From Squalus acanthias (Eukaryota), in assembly GCA_030390025.1 (NCBI GenBank), contig CM059438.1, positions 55,058,001 to 55,122,000 on the forward strand: a DNA stretch of 64,000 bases, written 5' to 3'. A program made the position numbers and the translations under genes. Position 1 is the first letter of the stretch, and every line of letters starts with the position of its first letter. Positions 38,907 to 51,054 of this stretch are shown one piece after another. The notes below the pieces were generated by a model that was given only the letters and a program-made list of their open reading frames with translations, had not been told where the DNA came from and searched no databases.

Positions 38907-39707
38907 CATAAGAAATAGGAGCAGGAGTAGGCCATTTGGCCCCTCAAGCCTGCTTCGCTATTCAATAAGATCATGGCTGATCTTCTACCTCATCTCCACT
39001 TCTGTTACACAAAATAAGGGCTCATGGCGTTGGGGGTAAAACATTGGCATGAATAGAGGATTGGTTAACGGACAGAAAACAGAGAGTAGGGATAAACGGG
39101 TCATTTTCAGGTTGACAGGTTGTAACTAGTGGGGTGCCGCAAGGATCAATGCTTGGGCCTCAGCGATTTACAATTTATATTAATGACTTAGATGAAGAGA
39201 CCGGGTGTAATGTATCCAAGTTTGCTGACGATACAAAGCTAGGTGGGAAAGTAAGCTGTGAGGAGGATACAAAGAGCCTGCAAAGGGATATAGACAGGTT
39301 AAGTGAGTGGACAATAGGTGGCAGATGGAGTATAATGTGGCAAATGTGAGGTTATTCATTTTAGTAGGAAGAATAGAAAAACAGAATATTTTTTAAATGG
39401 TGAGAAAGTATCAAATGTTGGTGTTCAGAGAGATTTTGGTGTCCTCGTGCAGGGAACACAGAGTTAGCAAGCAATTAGGAAGGCAAATGGCATGTTGGTC
39501 TTTATTGGAAGGGGGTTGGCGTACAATAGCTAGGAAGTCTTGCTACAGTTGTACAGGGCTTTGGTGAGACCACATCTGGAGTACTGTGCAGTTTTGGTCT
39601 CCTTATCTGAGGTAGGATATATTTGCCTTGGAGGCAGTGCAACGAAGATTGATTCCTGGGACGAGAGGGTTGTCCTATGAGGAGAGATTGAGTAGATTGG
39701 GCCTATA

Positions 39708-40384
39708 GGGGGAAAAATTCGGTTGATTTGTGCCTCCGGGCACTAATGGGGCGCAAAGCAACTAGCGCCTGGGCGCGGCGCCGCTAACGCCTCCCATGAA
39801 ATTCAGCAGGAGGTTAGCGGCGGCGGTGGTAACCGTTAGCGCCCCATGGCACTGAGCCTCTGGCGATGATGCCATCGCCGTGAGCAGCGCCCTGCTCGCG
39901 CCCCGGCAGCGATCTTCAGTAGCGCCCCCTGACTTACCGCCGGACGTTATGTCCGACAGGGTCAGGGAGGCCTACCTGCAGCCAGGGCGGCGCAAATTAA
40001 AGGGGAGGTGCCGGGCGGCTATTTTTGTTGCTGGCTGCCTGCCAGCACCTGCCCCCGTTGCTGTCCCTGGCCTCCTCTGAGTGCCGGGCTCTTTTGCCGG
40101 CACTCCGATCCCTGGTGGCCCAGCTGAGCCCCGGGTCGCGCTGCGCTAGGCCCCTCCCCTTTAATAAGGGGAGGAAGGCCTGCAGTAACGCGGCAATTAG
40201 CGTCGCAATATTCACTCGCAGCGCCCCAAGAGGGAGGCGGGGTGCTTCCAGTAGTGCCCCGCCTCCTTCTTGGGGCGCTGCCAGTGAATTTTGGGCACGG
40301 GGGGCACTAACTTTTGCGGGCCGCTAAAAGTAGCGCCCCGGCGAAGTTAGCGCCCCAAAGGGGGTGCGACCCAATTTTGCCCCC
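39708..40384 (+). mobile_element. GC-rich Harbinger-type MITE (family III)
   Basis: ATA TSD; ends GGGGGAAAAATT / AATTTTGCCCCC. Confidence 0.87.
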
Positions 40385-41520
40385 ATACTCTCTGGAATTT
40401 AGGAGAATGAGAGCTGATCTCATTGAAACATATAAGATTCTGAAGGGGATTGACAGGGTAGAAGTTGAGAGGTTGATTCCCCTGGTTGGAGAGTCTAGAA
40501 CTGGGGGGCACACAGTCTCAGGATAAGAGGTCGGCCATTTAAGACTGAGATGAGCAGAAATTTCTTCACTCAGAGGGTTGTGAATCTTTGGAATTCTGTA
40601 CCCCAGAGGGCTGTGGATGCTGAATCGTTGAGTATATTCAAGGCTGAGATTGATAGATTTTTGGACTCATGGGGAATCAAGGGATATGGAGATCAAGCGG
40701 GAAAGTGGAGTTGAGGTCGATGATCAGCCATGATCCTATTGAATGACGGAGCAGGCTCGAGGGGCCGTATGGCCGACTCCTGCTCCTAATTCTTATGTTC
40801 TTATGAGTCAAAATTAATTGTCACTTGGAAAAATATGGGTTAATAAATGAAAGACAGCACAGATTTGTTAAAGGCAAATCTTGTTTGACTAACTTGATTG
40901 AGTTCTTAGATGAAGTAATGGAGAGGGTTGATGAGGGTATGCAGTTAATGTGTATATGGACTTTCAAAAGGCGTTGGACAAACTACCACATAATGGACTT
41001 ATTAGCAAAATTAAAGACAATGGGATTAAAGGAGCAGTGGCAGTGTGGATACACAATTGGCTAAGGGACAGAAAGCAGACAGTAGTGGTGAATGGTTATT
41101 TTTCAGACTAGAGGGAAGTATACAATGGTGCCCCCAGGGGTCGGCGCTGGGACCACGGTTCTTTTTGATATTTTTAATGACCTGGACTTGGGTATACAGG
41201 GCATAATTTCAAAGTTTGCAGATGACACGAAACTCAGAAATGTAGAAAACAGTGAGGAGGATAGTAACAGACTTCAGGAGAATATGGACTGGTGAAATGG
41301 GCAGACACATGGCAGATGAAATTTAATGCCGAGAAGTGTGAAGTGATTAATTTTGGTACAAAGAATGATGAGAAGCAATATAAACTAAATAATACAGTTT
41401 TAAAGGGGATCCAGGAACAGCGACCTGAGGCATACGTACACAAATCTTTGAAGGTGGCCGGACAAGTTAAAGGCTGTTAAAAAGGCAGACAGAATCCTCA
41501 GCTTTATAAATAGAGGCATA

Positions 41521-42352
41521 GGGCAGAATTTTCATTGACCCGTGGAGGCGGGTTTGGAGGCGTGTGGGGGGTTAAAGTTGCAGATTCGGGGGTCCCGAAC
41601 CCATCCCACCTCCATGCCAGTTTCGCTGGAGGCGGGTACCCGACCTGTGCTGGGACCCGCCTCCCCGAGGCGGGTAGGGGATTAGTGGCAATAAACTGCC
41701 TGTTAACAGATAGTTAACAGGCAGTTTTTTGCCTAATCCCTATTTTTATGCGTGAAATGTGGGCTTCCCGACAGGTCCGAACCACGCCAAGTTAGCGAGG
41801 CGGACCGTGGGTCTGCAGGGGTTGGAGGGATCGATATGTCCGGTGGGCAGGTGAGTGATGAGTGCATGTGTGCAGAGGTAAGTGTGTAAGGTAAGTGTAA
41901 AGTGTGGAAAAAAGTTTTACTTACCTTAACTTCCTCCTGCAGGTGTCAGCCCTTCAGGTCTCGGGAGTCAGAAATCTCACCGGCACAGAAAGCAGAATGG
42001 CCGTTGAGCTGTCAAAAACTGCAGCCTCTGTTTTCTGTGCTGGATTGATTTCTAACTCAGCCTGAGAGGAAGGACTCAAGTTAGAAGACAGATTGTCAGT
42101 GTTTGACAGCTTCAAGGAGCTGTCAAACGCTGATATTTCATCTGTCAAAAGCTCTTGACAGATGAAATGTCAATCTGTGACGTCACCTGTTGCCGGGTGG
42201 CCCTTAATTGGCCTGCTGAGCCCGCTGGGCTGGCTCAACAAGGTCAATCAAGTGAAAATACAGTGGGTTGGCCACAATCGATGGAGGTGGGACTACAACC
42301 CAAAAATTGGGAGTCCCGCCTCCATCACGTCCCCAGTATCAAAATCCAGCCC
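41521..42352. mobile_element. Harbinger-type MITE (additional family)
   Basis: TIR GGGCAGAATTTT / AAAATCCAGCCC; flanks ATA/AAA; the CR1 frame rejoins across it. Confidence 0.78.
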
Positions 42353-43149
42353 AAAGAGTACAAAAGCAAGGAAGTTATGCTGAACCTTTATAAAACACTG
42401 GTTAGGTCTCAGCTGGAGTATTGTGTCCAATTCTGGGCACCACACTTTAAGAAGGATGTCAAGGCCTTAGAGAGGGTGCAGAGGAGATTTACTAGAATAG
42501 TACCAGGGATGCGGGACTTCAGTTATGTAGAGAGACTGGAGAAACTGGGGTTGTTCTCCTTAGAGCAGAAAAGGTTATGGGGAGATTTGATAGAGATATT
42601 CAAAATTATGAAGGGTTTTGATAGAGTAAATAAGGAGAAACTGTTTCCAGTGGCAGAAGGGTCGGTAACCAGAGATCACAGATTTAAGATAATTGGCAAA
42701 AGAACCAGAAGGGAGATGAGAAGAATTTTTTTTACGCAGTGAGTGGTTAGGATCTGGAATGCACTGCCTGAAAGGGTGGTGGAAGCAGATTCAATAGTAA
42801 CTTTCAAAAGGGAGTTGGATAAATACTCCAAGTGGAAAAATTTGCAGGGCTATGGGGAAAGAGCCGAGGAGTGGGACTAATTGGCTCGTTCTTTCAAAGA
42901 ACTAGCACAGGCACGATGAGCTGAATGGCCTCCTTCTGTGCTGTATCATTCTATGATTCTATGAAAGTAAAAAACTAAGTGGGCTAGCTCCTCCAGGTTG
43001 AACTAGGATCATTGACTCCCGAGTACAGTCCAGACAGTTTTGCACTATTCACTAAATGTTTAATATGAGTATTAACAGATTAGAGGGAGAAAGTGGCAGG
43101 CTGGTATAATCAGCGAGTTAGAGGCTGAAATAACAACTATCTGAGGTGC

Positions 43150-44129
43150 TCAGGAGAGAGGCCGGGGTCGCAGGAGGCACTATCCACGTAACAGGGTTGA
43201 CAGACAGACCTCTCGGAAGAGAGGTGCTTCTGGAGGTTCAGGTTGTCATGTCAGGTGGTTGCAAACATCTGCAGCCTTCTAGACGAAGACCTGCTGCTTG
43301 CTGGACCTGGAGTCCACGCATTACCAGTGGCTGTGAAAGCCACCACCGCCCTCAACTTGTTTGCCTCTGGCTCCTTCCAGGGCGCTACCTGAGACATAGC
43401 AAGGATGTCACAGTCCGCTGCACATAAATGCATATGGCAGGTGACGGATGGATTGTTTTCCAGGGCTGGGAGTTATGTAAACTTCCCTTGTGGTAACAAT
43501 AGCCAGAATGAGCAGGCACTCGGATTCCTGTCTCTGGCTGGATTCCTCCAGGTGCAGGGTGCCATCGATTGCACACATGTGGCAATCTGAGTACCACCAA
43601 AGCAACCAGGAGTTTTTACAAACCGCAGGGGATATTATTCCATCAATGCACAGCTGGTGTGCAACCACACAAGAAGAGGTTCATGCAGGTGTGCGCCAGA
43701 TTCCCTGGAAATTGTCATGATGCTTTCATACTGAGGCAGTCCAACATTCCAGACCTTTTAGTTCCAGGCAGCAGAATTAAGGGCTGGCTCGGAGGAGACA
43801 AGGGTTACCCACTTCAAACTTGGCTCACGACACCTGTGAGGAACCCCACCAATGAGGCGCAGGAGCGCTACACCGAGAGCCACATGACCACCAGGTGTGT
43901 CATCGAGCAAGCCATCGGAATTTTAAAGATACACTTCAGGTGTCTGAAAGGCCCTTCAGTACGCGCCAGTGAGGCTGTCCAGAATGAGTGGTGTGCTGCG
44001 TCCTCACAACATTGCGCAGCAGAGAGGCTTGCAGGTAGAGGAGGACAAATGGGCTCATCACTCATCTTCAGAGCCATGTGCATTGCTGCCAGGGATGCCC
44101 TAATAGGGCGAAGGTTCAGCTGGCGTTAA
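43150..44129 (+). pseudogene. PIF/Harbinger DDE transposase (HARBI1-like), disrupted
   Basis: FASGSFQ, SQSAAHKCI, GAIDCTHVAI, SINAQLVC, FPGNCHDAFIL, GDKGYPL and IEQAIGILK motifs with stops and frameshifts. Confidence 0.9.
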
Positions 44130-45192
44130 CTCACACAGGGAAACATAACAAATGAAATCCTGCAGTCCGCTCCCACCACCAGCAACAACCCCGCCCCCCT
44201 CCCCAACCTTTGCACTAAACAGTCCTTCAACCACTCATCCACCCATTATAATTGCATTACTTGCTTCTACGTGGTGCACCCCATGTGGCTTCAGCAGAGG
44301 TAGAGGCAGGCTGCTCAGATCCCTGCTCTGACTGTTGAGGTGCTTTTGGCCGATGACCTCTGGGTTTTGGAGCCTGTGAGGGCCCCACCAAAGACTGCTC
44401 CACCTGCACCTGTGCAGGGGCAGACTCGACCATTGGGAGACGAGGCAGCATGTCGGGTACTGGCTAAGAGGGCGGGGGGTAACGGGTGAGAAGTAGGAGT
44501 GCTTTGAGTGGGGTTCCCACTTCCATGTCCCCTTTCACCATCATCCCTCTCATGGGCCAGCGCCACATCACTCCTACCACTCTGCTGCAGACCAGCTTGC
44601 TGGAGATCAGTGACGGCATGTATAAGTTTCTGTCAGCCTGTTTAAAGCGGCAGACAAATCCTGCATGGCCGTTATCATGGCCTGCATGGACTCATTTGAG
44701 AGCCATGCTTCCAGCTCCACGGAGGTGGCCTTTCTCCATGGCACACATTCTCGCAATTCCCTGCGTCACCAGTCCACTAACGATCGAGTTGAATGCCTCC
44801 ATCCTCTCCGCTATTGTGGAGAGTGTGTGTGGCACGTCTGTCAGTACCTGGCTAAGTTGCTGATGCACCTCTAGCATTCTCCTTCTCAATGATAGCCCCC
44901 CAGGATTCAGCAACTGTGTCCAGCTGAGCAGAGCTTGGAGAGGATTGTGCCCCCGACGCGGACTCTCCACTGCTGTCCCTGCCACCAGTGTCTGCTCGTG
45001 CTCAGTTGTGAGTCACCAAATGAAAACCCAACTGTCTAAGTGGACCCACTGAAGTGGGAGTATCTGCACTGGTGCATGGCTGTAGGTCCTGTGATGGTGC
45101 ACCCTCAGAAGGAATGAGGTCCTCTGAGCAATCATCTTCATGAATGTCCTGCGACTATTGCTGTATGCGGGAAGGCCCTGGAAGACAAAAGA

Positions 45193-47302
45193 AATAACAG
45201 GGAGGATTGATGAAGGAAATGCAATGGATGTTGTCTACATGGATTTTCGGAAGGCGTTTGACAAATACCACATAGAAGGCTAGTTAACAAAATTGAGGCT
45301 CATGGAATAGGTGGGTCAGTGGCAGCTTGGATAAGGAATCGGCTTAAGGACAAAAAACAGCGAGTTGTGGTAAATGGCTGTTCTTCAGACTGGATGATGG
45401 TGGACAGTGGTGTTCCCCAAGGGTCAGTGCTGGGGCCACGGCTTTTTTTGATATATATAAATGACCTGGATATTGTAATACAGAGTAGAATTTCTAAATT
45501 TGCCAATGACACCAAACTTGGGGGTGTGGCAAACAGTGAGGATGATACCAATCGACTGTAACAGGACATAGAAAGGCTAGCAGAATGAGCAGACAAGTGG
45601 CAGATAGAATTTAATACAGAGAAGTGTGAGGTGATGCATTTTGGCAGAAGGAACAGGGAGAGGCAATATACACTTAATGGCATAGTTTTAAAGAGTGTGC
45701 AGGGACAGAGGGACTTGGGAGTTAATGTGCATGGGTCCCTGAAGGTGGCGGAACACATTGAGAGAGTGGTTAGCAAAGCATATGGGATCTTGGGCTTCAT
45801 AAATAGAGGTATTGAGTACAAAAGTAGAGAAGTTATGCTGAACCTTTATAAAGCGCTGGTTAGGCCACAACTGGAGTATTGCGTCCAGTTCTGGTCACCA
45901 CACTTTAGGAAGGATGTGAAGGCCCTTGAGAGGGTGCAGAGGAGATTTACCAGAATGGTTCCAGGGATGGGGAGATCTTAGCTACAAGGACAGGTTGGAG
46001 AAGCTGGATTTGTTTTCATTAGAGCAAAGGAGATTGAGGGGTGATTTGATAGAGGTGTACAAGATTATGACGGGTTTGGATAGGCTGTTCCCACTAGTTG
46101 ATTGCACAAGGACTAGGGGACACAGATTTAAGGTTTTGGGCAAGAGATACAGGGGGGATGTGAGGAAAAACATTTTTACGCAGCGAATGGTGAGGATCTG
46201 GAACTTGCTGCCGACAGAAGTGGTGGAAGCGGAGACACTCAATGTTTTCAAGGGGAGACTGGATAGGCACTTGAGGGAAATAAACTTGCAGGGCTACGGG
46301 GATAGGGCGGGGGAATGGGACTCACTGGATTGCTCTACAGAGAGCCGGCACGGACTCAATGGGCTGAATGGCCTCCTTCTGTGCCGTTATGACTCTATGG
46401 GGGAGAAATTCAGTATCGCCCCATTTGGGGCGCAATTATCGGCCGGGCGCAAAGATTAGCGCCTGCCGCTAATTATCGCCACCGACTGCAAACTTGACTT
46501 TTATCACCCCTGGAGGTGATTGGAGCGCTAAATCAGGCGCTTCACACCTGTCTTAAGGCACAAACGCCGAGGAGCAAGGCGCTACCTCAGAGCGCTGGCG
46601 AAGCTCATGTAATGTCAGTCAGCAATGGAACACACACACAATGGCACGGGCCAGTTCTTAAAGGGGATGGTTAATCTTGCTTTCCATCCACATCCTGCTC
46701 ATTGCAGCCTTGAATCTCGGCCTGGAGAGACCTGCACATCAAATCTGCTGGAAAGAACAATGGAGAGTACCAGGCAAAGAGCTCAGAGTGCAGCCCCCAC
46801 AGTCTCTTCTAAATCGATACAAGGATTGGCAAATCAAAATGAACCTGCAAAGTGCTGCTCAGTACCCAAAACTCCTTCACACAATGTTGAATCTCTCCAG
46901 AAGTCTCTCTCTCTCTCTCTCAGAATGCGTAGTTCAAAAATGGCACCAACAGTAAAAGGCAGGAAGCGGTCACCTTTAAATAGCGCTCCCCCTTTCCCTT
47001 CATGACTGCAGAACGCTCCCCTCAACCTGTTGTTGCTAGCGTCAGGCGGTAAGGCAGGGGGCGCCACTCAATATCCGCTCCGGGGCGATACCGGGGCGTT
47101 GCGCACTCGACTGACGTCACGATCTGCCGGCGCAGGAGATCGTGGCGGTAGTGTTTAGCGCCACCGCAAAATGTCTAGTTAATTTCGCGAGCGGCGCAAA
47201 CTTCGCCGCGCCTGGGCGCTAGATGCTTTGCGCCCCATTAGCACCCTCTTAAGGCGCTAACGGGAGGCGCAACCAACTGAATTTTTCCCCCTATGACTCT
47301 AT
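45193..47302 (+). mobile_element. CR1 3' half inserted in an intron of the Harbinger Myb-like gene
   Basis: RT motifs and a (CTCTATGA) tail split by a MITE. Confidence 0.87.
46399..47291 (-). mobile_element. Harbinger-type MITE (family I)
   Basis: TIRs, TAT TSD. Confidence 0.9.
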
Positions 47303-48254
47303 AAAGGAATATGATTTAGTTGTGGCAAACTCACAATCTCGACAATCAGCGTACTCAGGCTTCTCATAGTTCAATCATTGATGAAACAAGGTCAGCATAT
47401 GTGTGTCAGAGATATTTGTAATTCTGTCACCAGCTATCTCCGAGCTCCCAGTCTCTCCATCTCCGATTGATAGGGACGCAGATGTGCCACTTATCTCCAG
47501 GGCCTCCTCCTCTGCATCAGTGAGCTGGACTATTTCTGGCAGGCCACCTCCAGTCCTCTCCCTTGCATTTTGCGCTCTCTTCTACAAGGGGCGAAAGAAT
47601 AGACCTGTGAGTGAGTGAAGGTGAGGTATTCACCCGATGGATGCAGTGCATTCGGTGAGGGTGACTATCACCAGATGCATCACATTGCGTAAGGACTGGA
47701 ATGCGTGTCAACAGTGGATGGATAAATGAGGAGGTGATGAAGTCATAGAGAGTGAAGGCTGGGTGGCGCTGAGCGTTGAGTGGGTGTGAGGAGCGATGTG
47801 ATGGAGAACGCTTAGCAAGACAGAGTGAAGGGGGCGGGGGCTTAAAGCACAGGAAGGATTTGACTCAGTCGACGTACTCACTTTTGCTGAGCTGGTTAGG
47901 ACATTAAATTCTTCCTACACTGCATCCAAGACTGAGGCACAATGCTCCTGCTGCTCACCTCCCCAGCTACCTCCAACCATGCTTTCTTGGTGAGACTGGC
48001 AGGTCTCTTCCTCCCATTTCTGGGGAAAAAGATGACCCTCCTGGTCCTGACTGGACCCAGCAAGAATTCCAGTTCAGCATCATTAAAGCTAGGTGCTGCC
48101 CTTGCTCAATATGCATTCATCGTAAACACCTCCTGGCTCCTCCTATTTCCATTTCGACATTGTACCTTTAAATAGGGCTGAGATCGCATCACGCGGGTGC
48201 GCATCGCAATTCCAACCGCTGCTTGGAAGCTGCCATCAGATATATATCGGAGCC

Positions 48255-48425
48255 TTTACTTGTTCTCATGATGTGATCAAGACTGGCAAGGGGGCATTAT
48301 TGCCCATCCCTAGGTGCCCTCACAACATGAAGATCAACCACATAGTGTGGGATTGGAGTCACATTGTAGGGCAGACTTGGTCGGGAAGGTGGGCTCCCTT
48401 CACTGAAGGACATTAGTGTCACCAG
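48255..48425 (-). mobile_element. Old SINE-like element made of the 5' leader and 3' tail of the second LINE family
   Basis: 48255-48322 resembles 51061-51132; 48333-48425 resembles 54037-54128. Confidence 0.72.
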
Positions 48426-48458
48426 TGAGACAGTTACAGGCTGCACTAATGAATACTC

Positions 48459-49405
48459 GGGAGAGAGTTAGAGGATGGAATAATGGACACAGGAGAGAGT
48501 TACAGGATGGAATAATGGACACAGGAGAGAGTTACAGGATGGAATAATGGACACAGGAGAGAGTTACAGGATGGAATAATGGACACAGGAGAGAGTTACA
48601 GGATGGAATAATGGACACAGGAGAGAGTTACAGGATGGAATAATGGACACAGGAGAGAGTTACAGGATGGAATAATGGACACAATAGAGAGTTGCAGGAT
48701 GGAATAATGGACACAGGAGAGAGTTAGAGCATGGAATAATGGACACAGGAGAGAGTTACAGGATGGAATAATGGACACAGGAGAGAGTTACAGGATGGAA
48801 TAATGGACACAGGAGAGAGTTAGAGGATGGAATAATGGACACAATAGAGTTACAGGATGGAATAATGGACACAATAGAGAGTTACAGGATGGAATAATGG
48901 ACACAGGAGAGAGTTACAGGATGGAATAATGGACACAGGAGAGAGTTACAGGATGGAATAATGGACACAATAGAGAGTTAGAGGATGGAATAATGGACAC
49001 AATAGAGAGTTGCAGGATGGAATAATGGACACAGGAGAGAGTTAGAGGATGGAATAATGGACACAGGAGAGAGTTACAGGATGGAATAATGGACACAGGA
49101 GAGAGTTAGAGGATGGAATAATGGACACAGGAGAGAGTTACAGGATGGAATAATGGACACAGGAGAGAGTTACAGGATGGAATAATGGACACAATAGAGA
49201 GTTACAGGATGGAATAATGGACACAGGAGAGAGTTACAGGATGGAATAATGGACACAGGAGAGAGTTACAGGATGGAATAATGGACACAATAGAGAGTTA
49301 CAGGATGGAATAATGGACACAGGAGAGAGTTACAGGATGGAATAATGGACACAGGAGAGAGTTACAGGATGGAATAATGGACACAGGAGAGAGTTACAGG
49401 ATGGT
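48459..49405 (+). repeat. 32-bp minisatellite GGAGAGAGTTACAGGATGGAATAATGGACACA
   Basis: About 29 visible tandem copies. Confidence 0.97.
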
Positions 49406-49427
49406 TTCTCCATTGAACATATAAATA

Positions 49428-49845
49428 GAAAGAACTTGCATTTAAATAGCATCCTATCACATCCTTAGTATGCCCCAAAATGCTTTACAATGAATGGATT
49501 ACTTTTGAAGTGAAGTTATATGGGCATATATGGCAGTGAATTTGCTCACAGCAAGGTGCCATAATCATGATCATGACCAGTTACTCTTTTTTTTGTTGGT
49601 GGAGGATGAATATTGGCCATACATATAAAGAACTCCCCTGCTCTAAAAATAGTGACATGTGATCTGTTACATCCACCAGAACAAGCAGACAGGGTGTTGA
49701 TTTAACATCTCATCCAAAAGATGGCACCTCAGACAATGCAGCACACCCTCAGCACTGCACTGAAATGTCAGCCTAAAGGAGATACTAATGTCTGCAGTGG
49801 TGCTTGAACCCTCAACCTCCTGACTCAGAAGGCAAGAGTGCTTGC
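49428..49845 (-). mobile_element. Old tRNA-derived SINE, DeuSINE/SacSINE1-like
   Basis: B box GGTTCAAGC, Deu-domain-like GAGGTGCCATCTTTTGGATGAGATGTTAAA and an L2-type tail; family name is from recall. Confidence 0.7.
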
Positions 49846-50099
49846 AATATCCAAGAGTGATATGTCTAATAGGGTGTCCTTCACGATTAAAATGATTCTT
49901 ATCTGCTGTGTTGTGTAGAACTAAAGCTTAGTGTTACTCGTTCTTGGTAAACCACATGCTTACCAAGTACATAAAAGTAATAACATGATATTCCAGGTAG
50001 CTAGTGTCACGCATGGCCTCCTGTTCTCACAGTATATATAACTTCAAGACCTGTACCACTATGCCACTTCATTTTGAGTTATAGGTTTAGCCAAAACAA

Positions 50100-50722
50100 T
50101 GCAAACCAATCACTAGGGTTTATTTCTAGAGGGATAAAATTGAAAAGTAGAAAAGAGATGCTAAACTTGTATTGAACCTTGGTTAGACCACACCTGGAGT
50201 ACTGCGTGCAGTTCTGGTCGTCATATTATAAAAAGGATATAGAGGCACTGGAGAAGGTCGAAAAAAGATTTACAAGGATGATACCAGAACTGTGAGGTTA
50301 TATCCATCAGGAAAGGATGAACAGGCTGGGTCTCTCTTCTCTTGAAAAGGGAAGGCTGAGGGGTGAGCTAATAGAGATCTTTAAAATTATGTAAGGTTTT
50401 GATAGAGTGGATACAGAGAGAGAGTGTTTCCACTTGTGGGGAAGATCAAAACTAGAAGCCATCAATATAAGATAGTCACCAAGGAATCAAATAGGGAATT
50501 CAGAAGAAATCTTTTACCCAGAGAGTATTGTAGTGAGAATGTGGAACTCACTACCACAGGGAGTAGTTGGGGTGAAGAGCATATGAGTGAGAAGGGAATA
50601 GAGGGTTATGCTGATAGAGTTGGATGAGGAAAGACAGGAGGAGGCTCGAGTGGCGCATAAACACCAGCATGGACTGGTTGGGCCGAATGGCCTGTTTCTG
50701 TGCCGTATATCCTATGTCATTC
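50100..50722 (+). mobile_element. CR1 3' fragment
   Basis: [12 protein letters not shown] and CR1 3' UTR. Confidence 0.82.
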
Positions 50723-51054
50723 TAGGTTGGAATATTACGTGCGATGGAGATTGGTGATTTAACTAAAAGCAGCGAGAATTCAAGATAAAGGGGTGACTTT
50801 TAACAGTTTCCACTAGGCAGGAAACAGCACCAGCGAGTTAGCAGCCCATTTCATACACACCCTGATTTTCCTTTGCATTGACTCCAATCGGGCGGAGTGT
50901 GAAAGGACGGAAACAATTCAAATCGACCCCATACTCTGGAAATGAATAAAAAATTGACTGAAGAAAAGGAAACAACAGGAACCTGTTAGGGGAGTGATGT
51001 GGGAAGAAGAGGGAGGTAGTAGAATATACAAGGTGGGGGTTCCCCAGGGATCAG

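Larger units (their letters stand above)
39000..42963 (+). mobile_element. Two tandem decayed CR1 3' halves (39000-40805 and 40806-42963), each carrying a MITE
   Basis: PQGS, FADD and YCVQFW peptides; 3' tails at about 40800 and 42955. Confidence 0.87.
44257..48120 (-). pseudogene. Harbinger Myb/SANT-like DNA-binding partner gene, three exons (48120-47882, 47581-47431, 45177-44257), disrupted
   Basis: APSFNDAELEFLL...KKAWLEVA...WMQCRK, then ARERTGGG; GT-AG boundaries; convergent with the transposase; TATTTAAA upstream at about 48170. Confidence 0.8.

Noticed and set aside
43150..44129. Domesticated HARBI1 host gene
   Set aside because: In-frame stops and frameshifts, and pairing with a disrupted Myb-like gene, indicate a dead transposon
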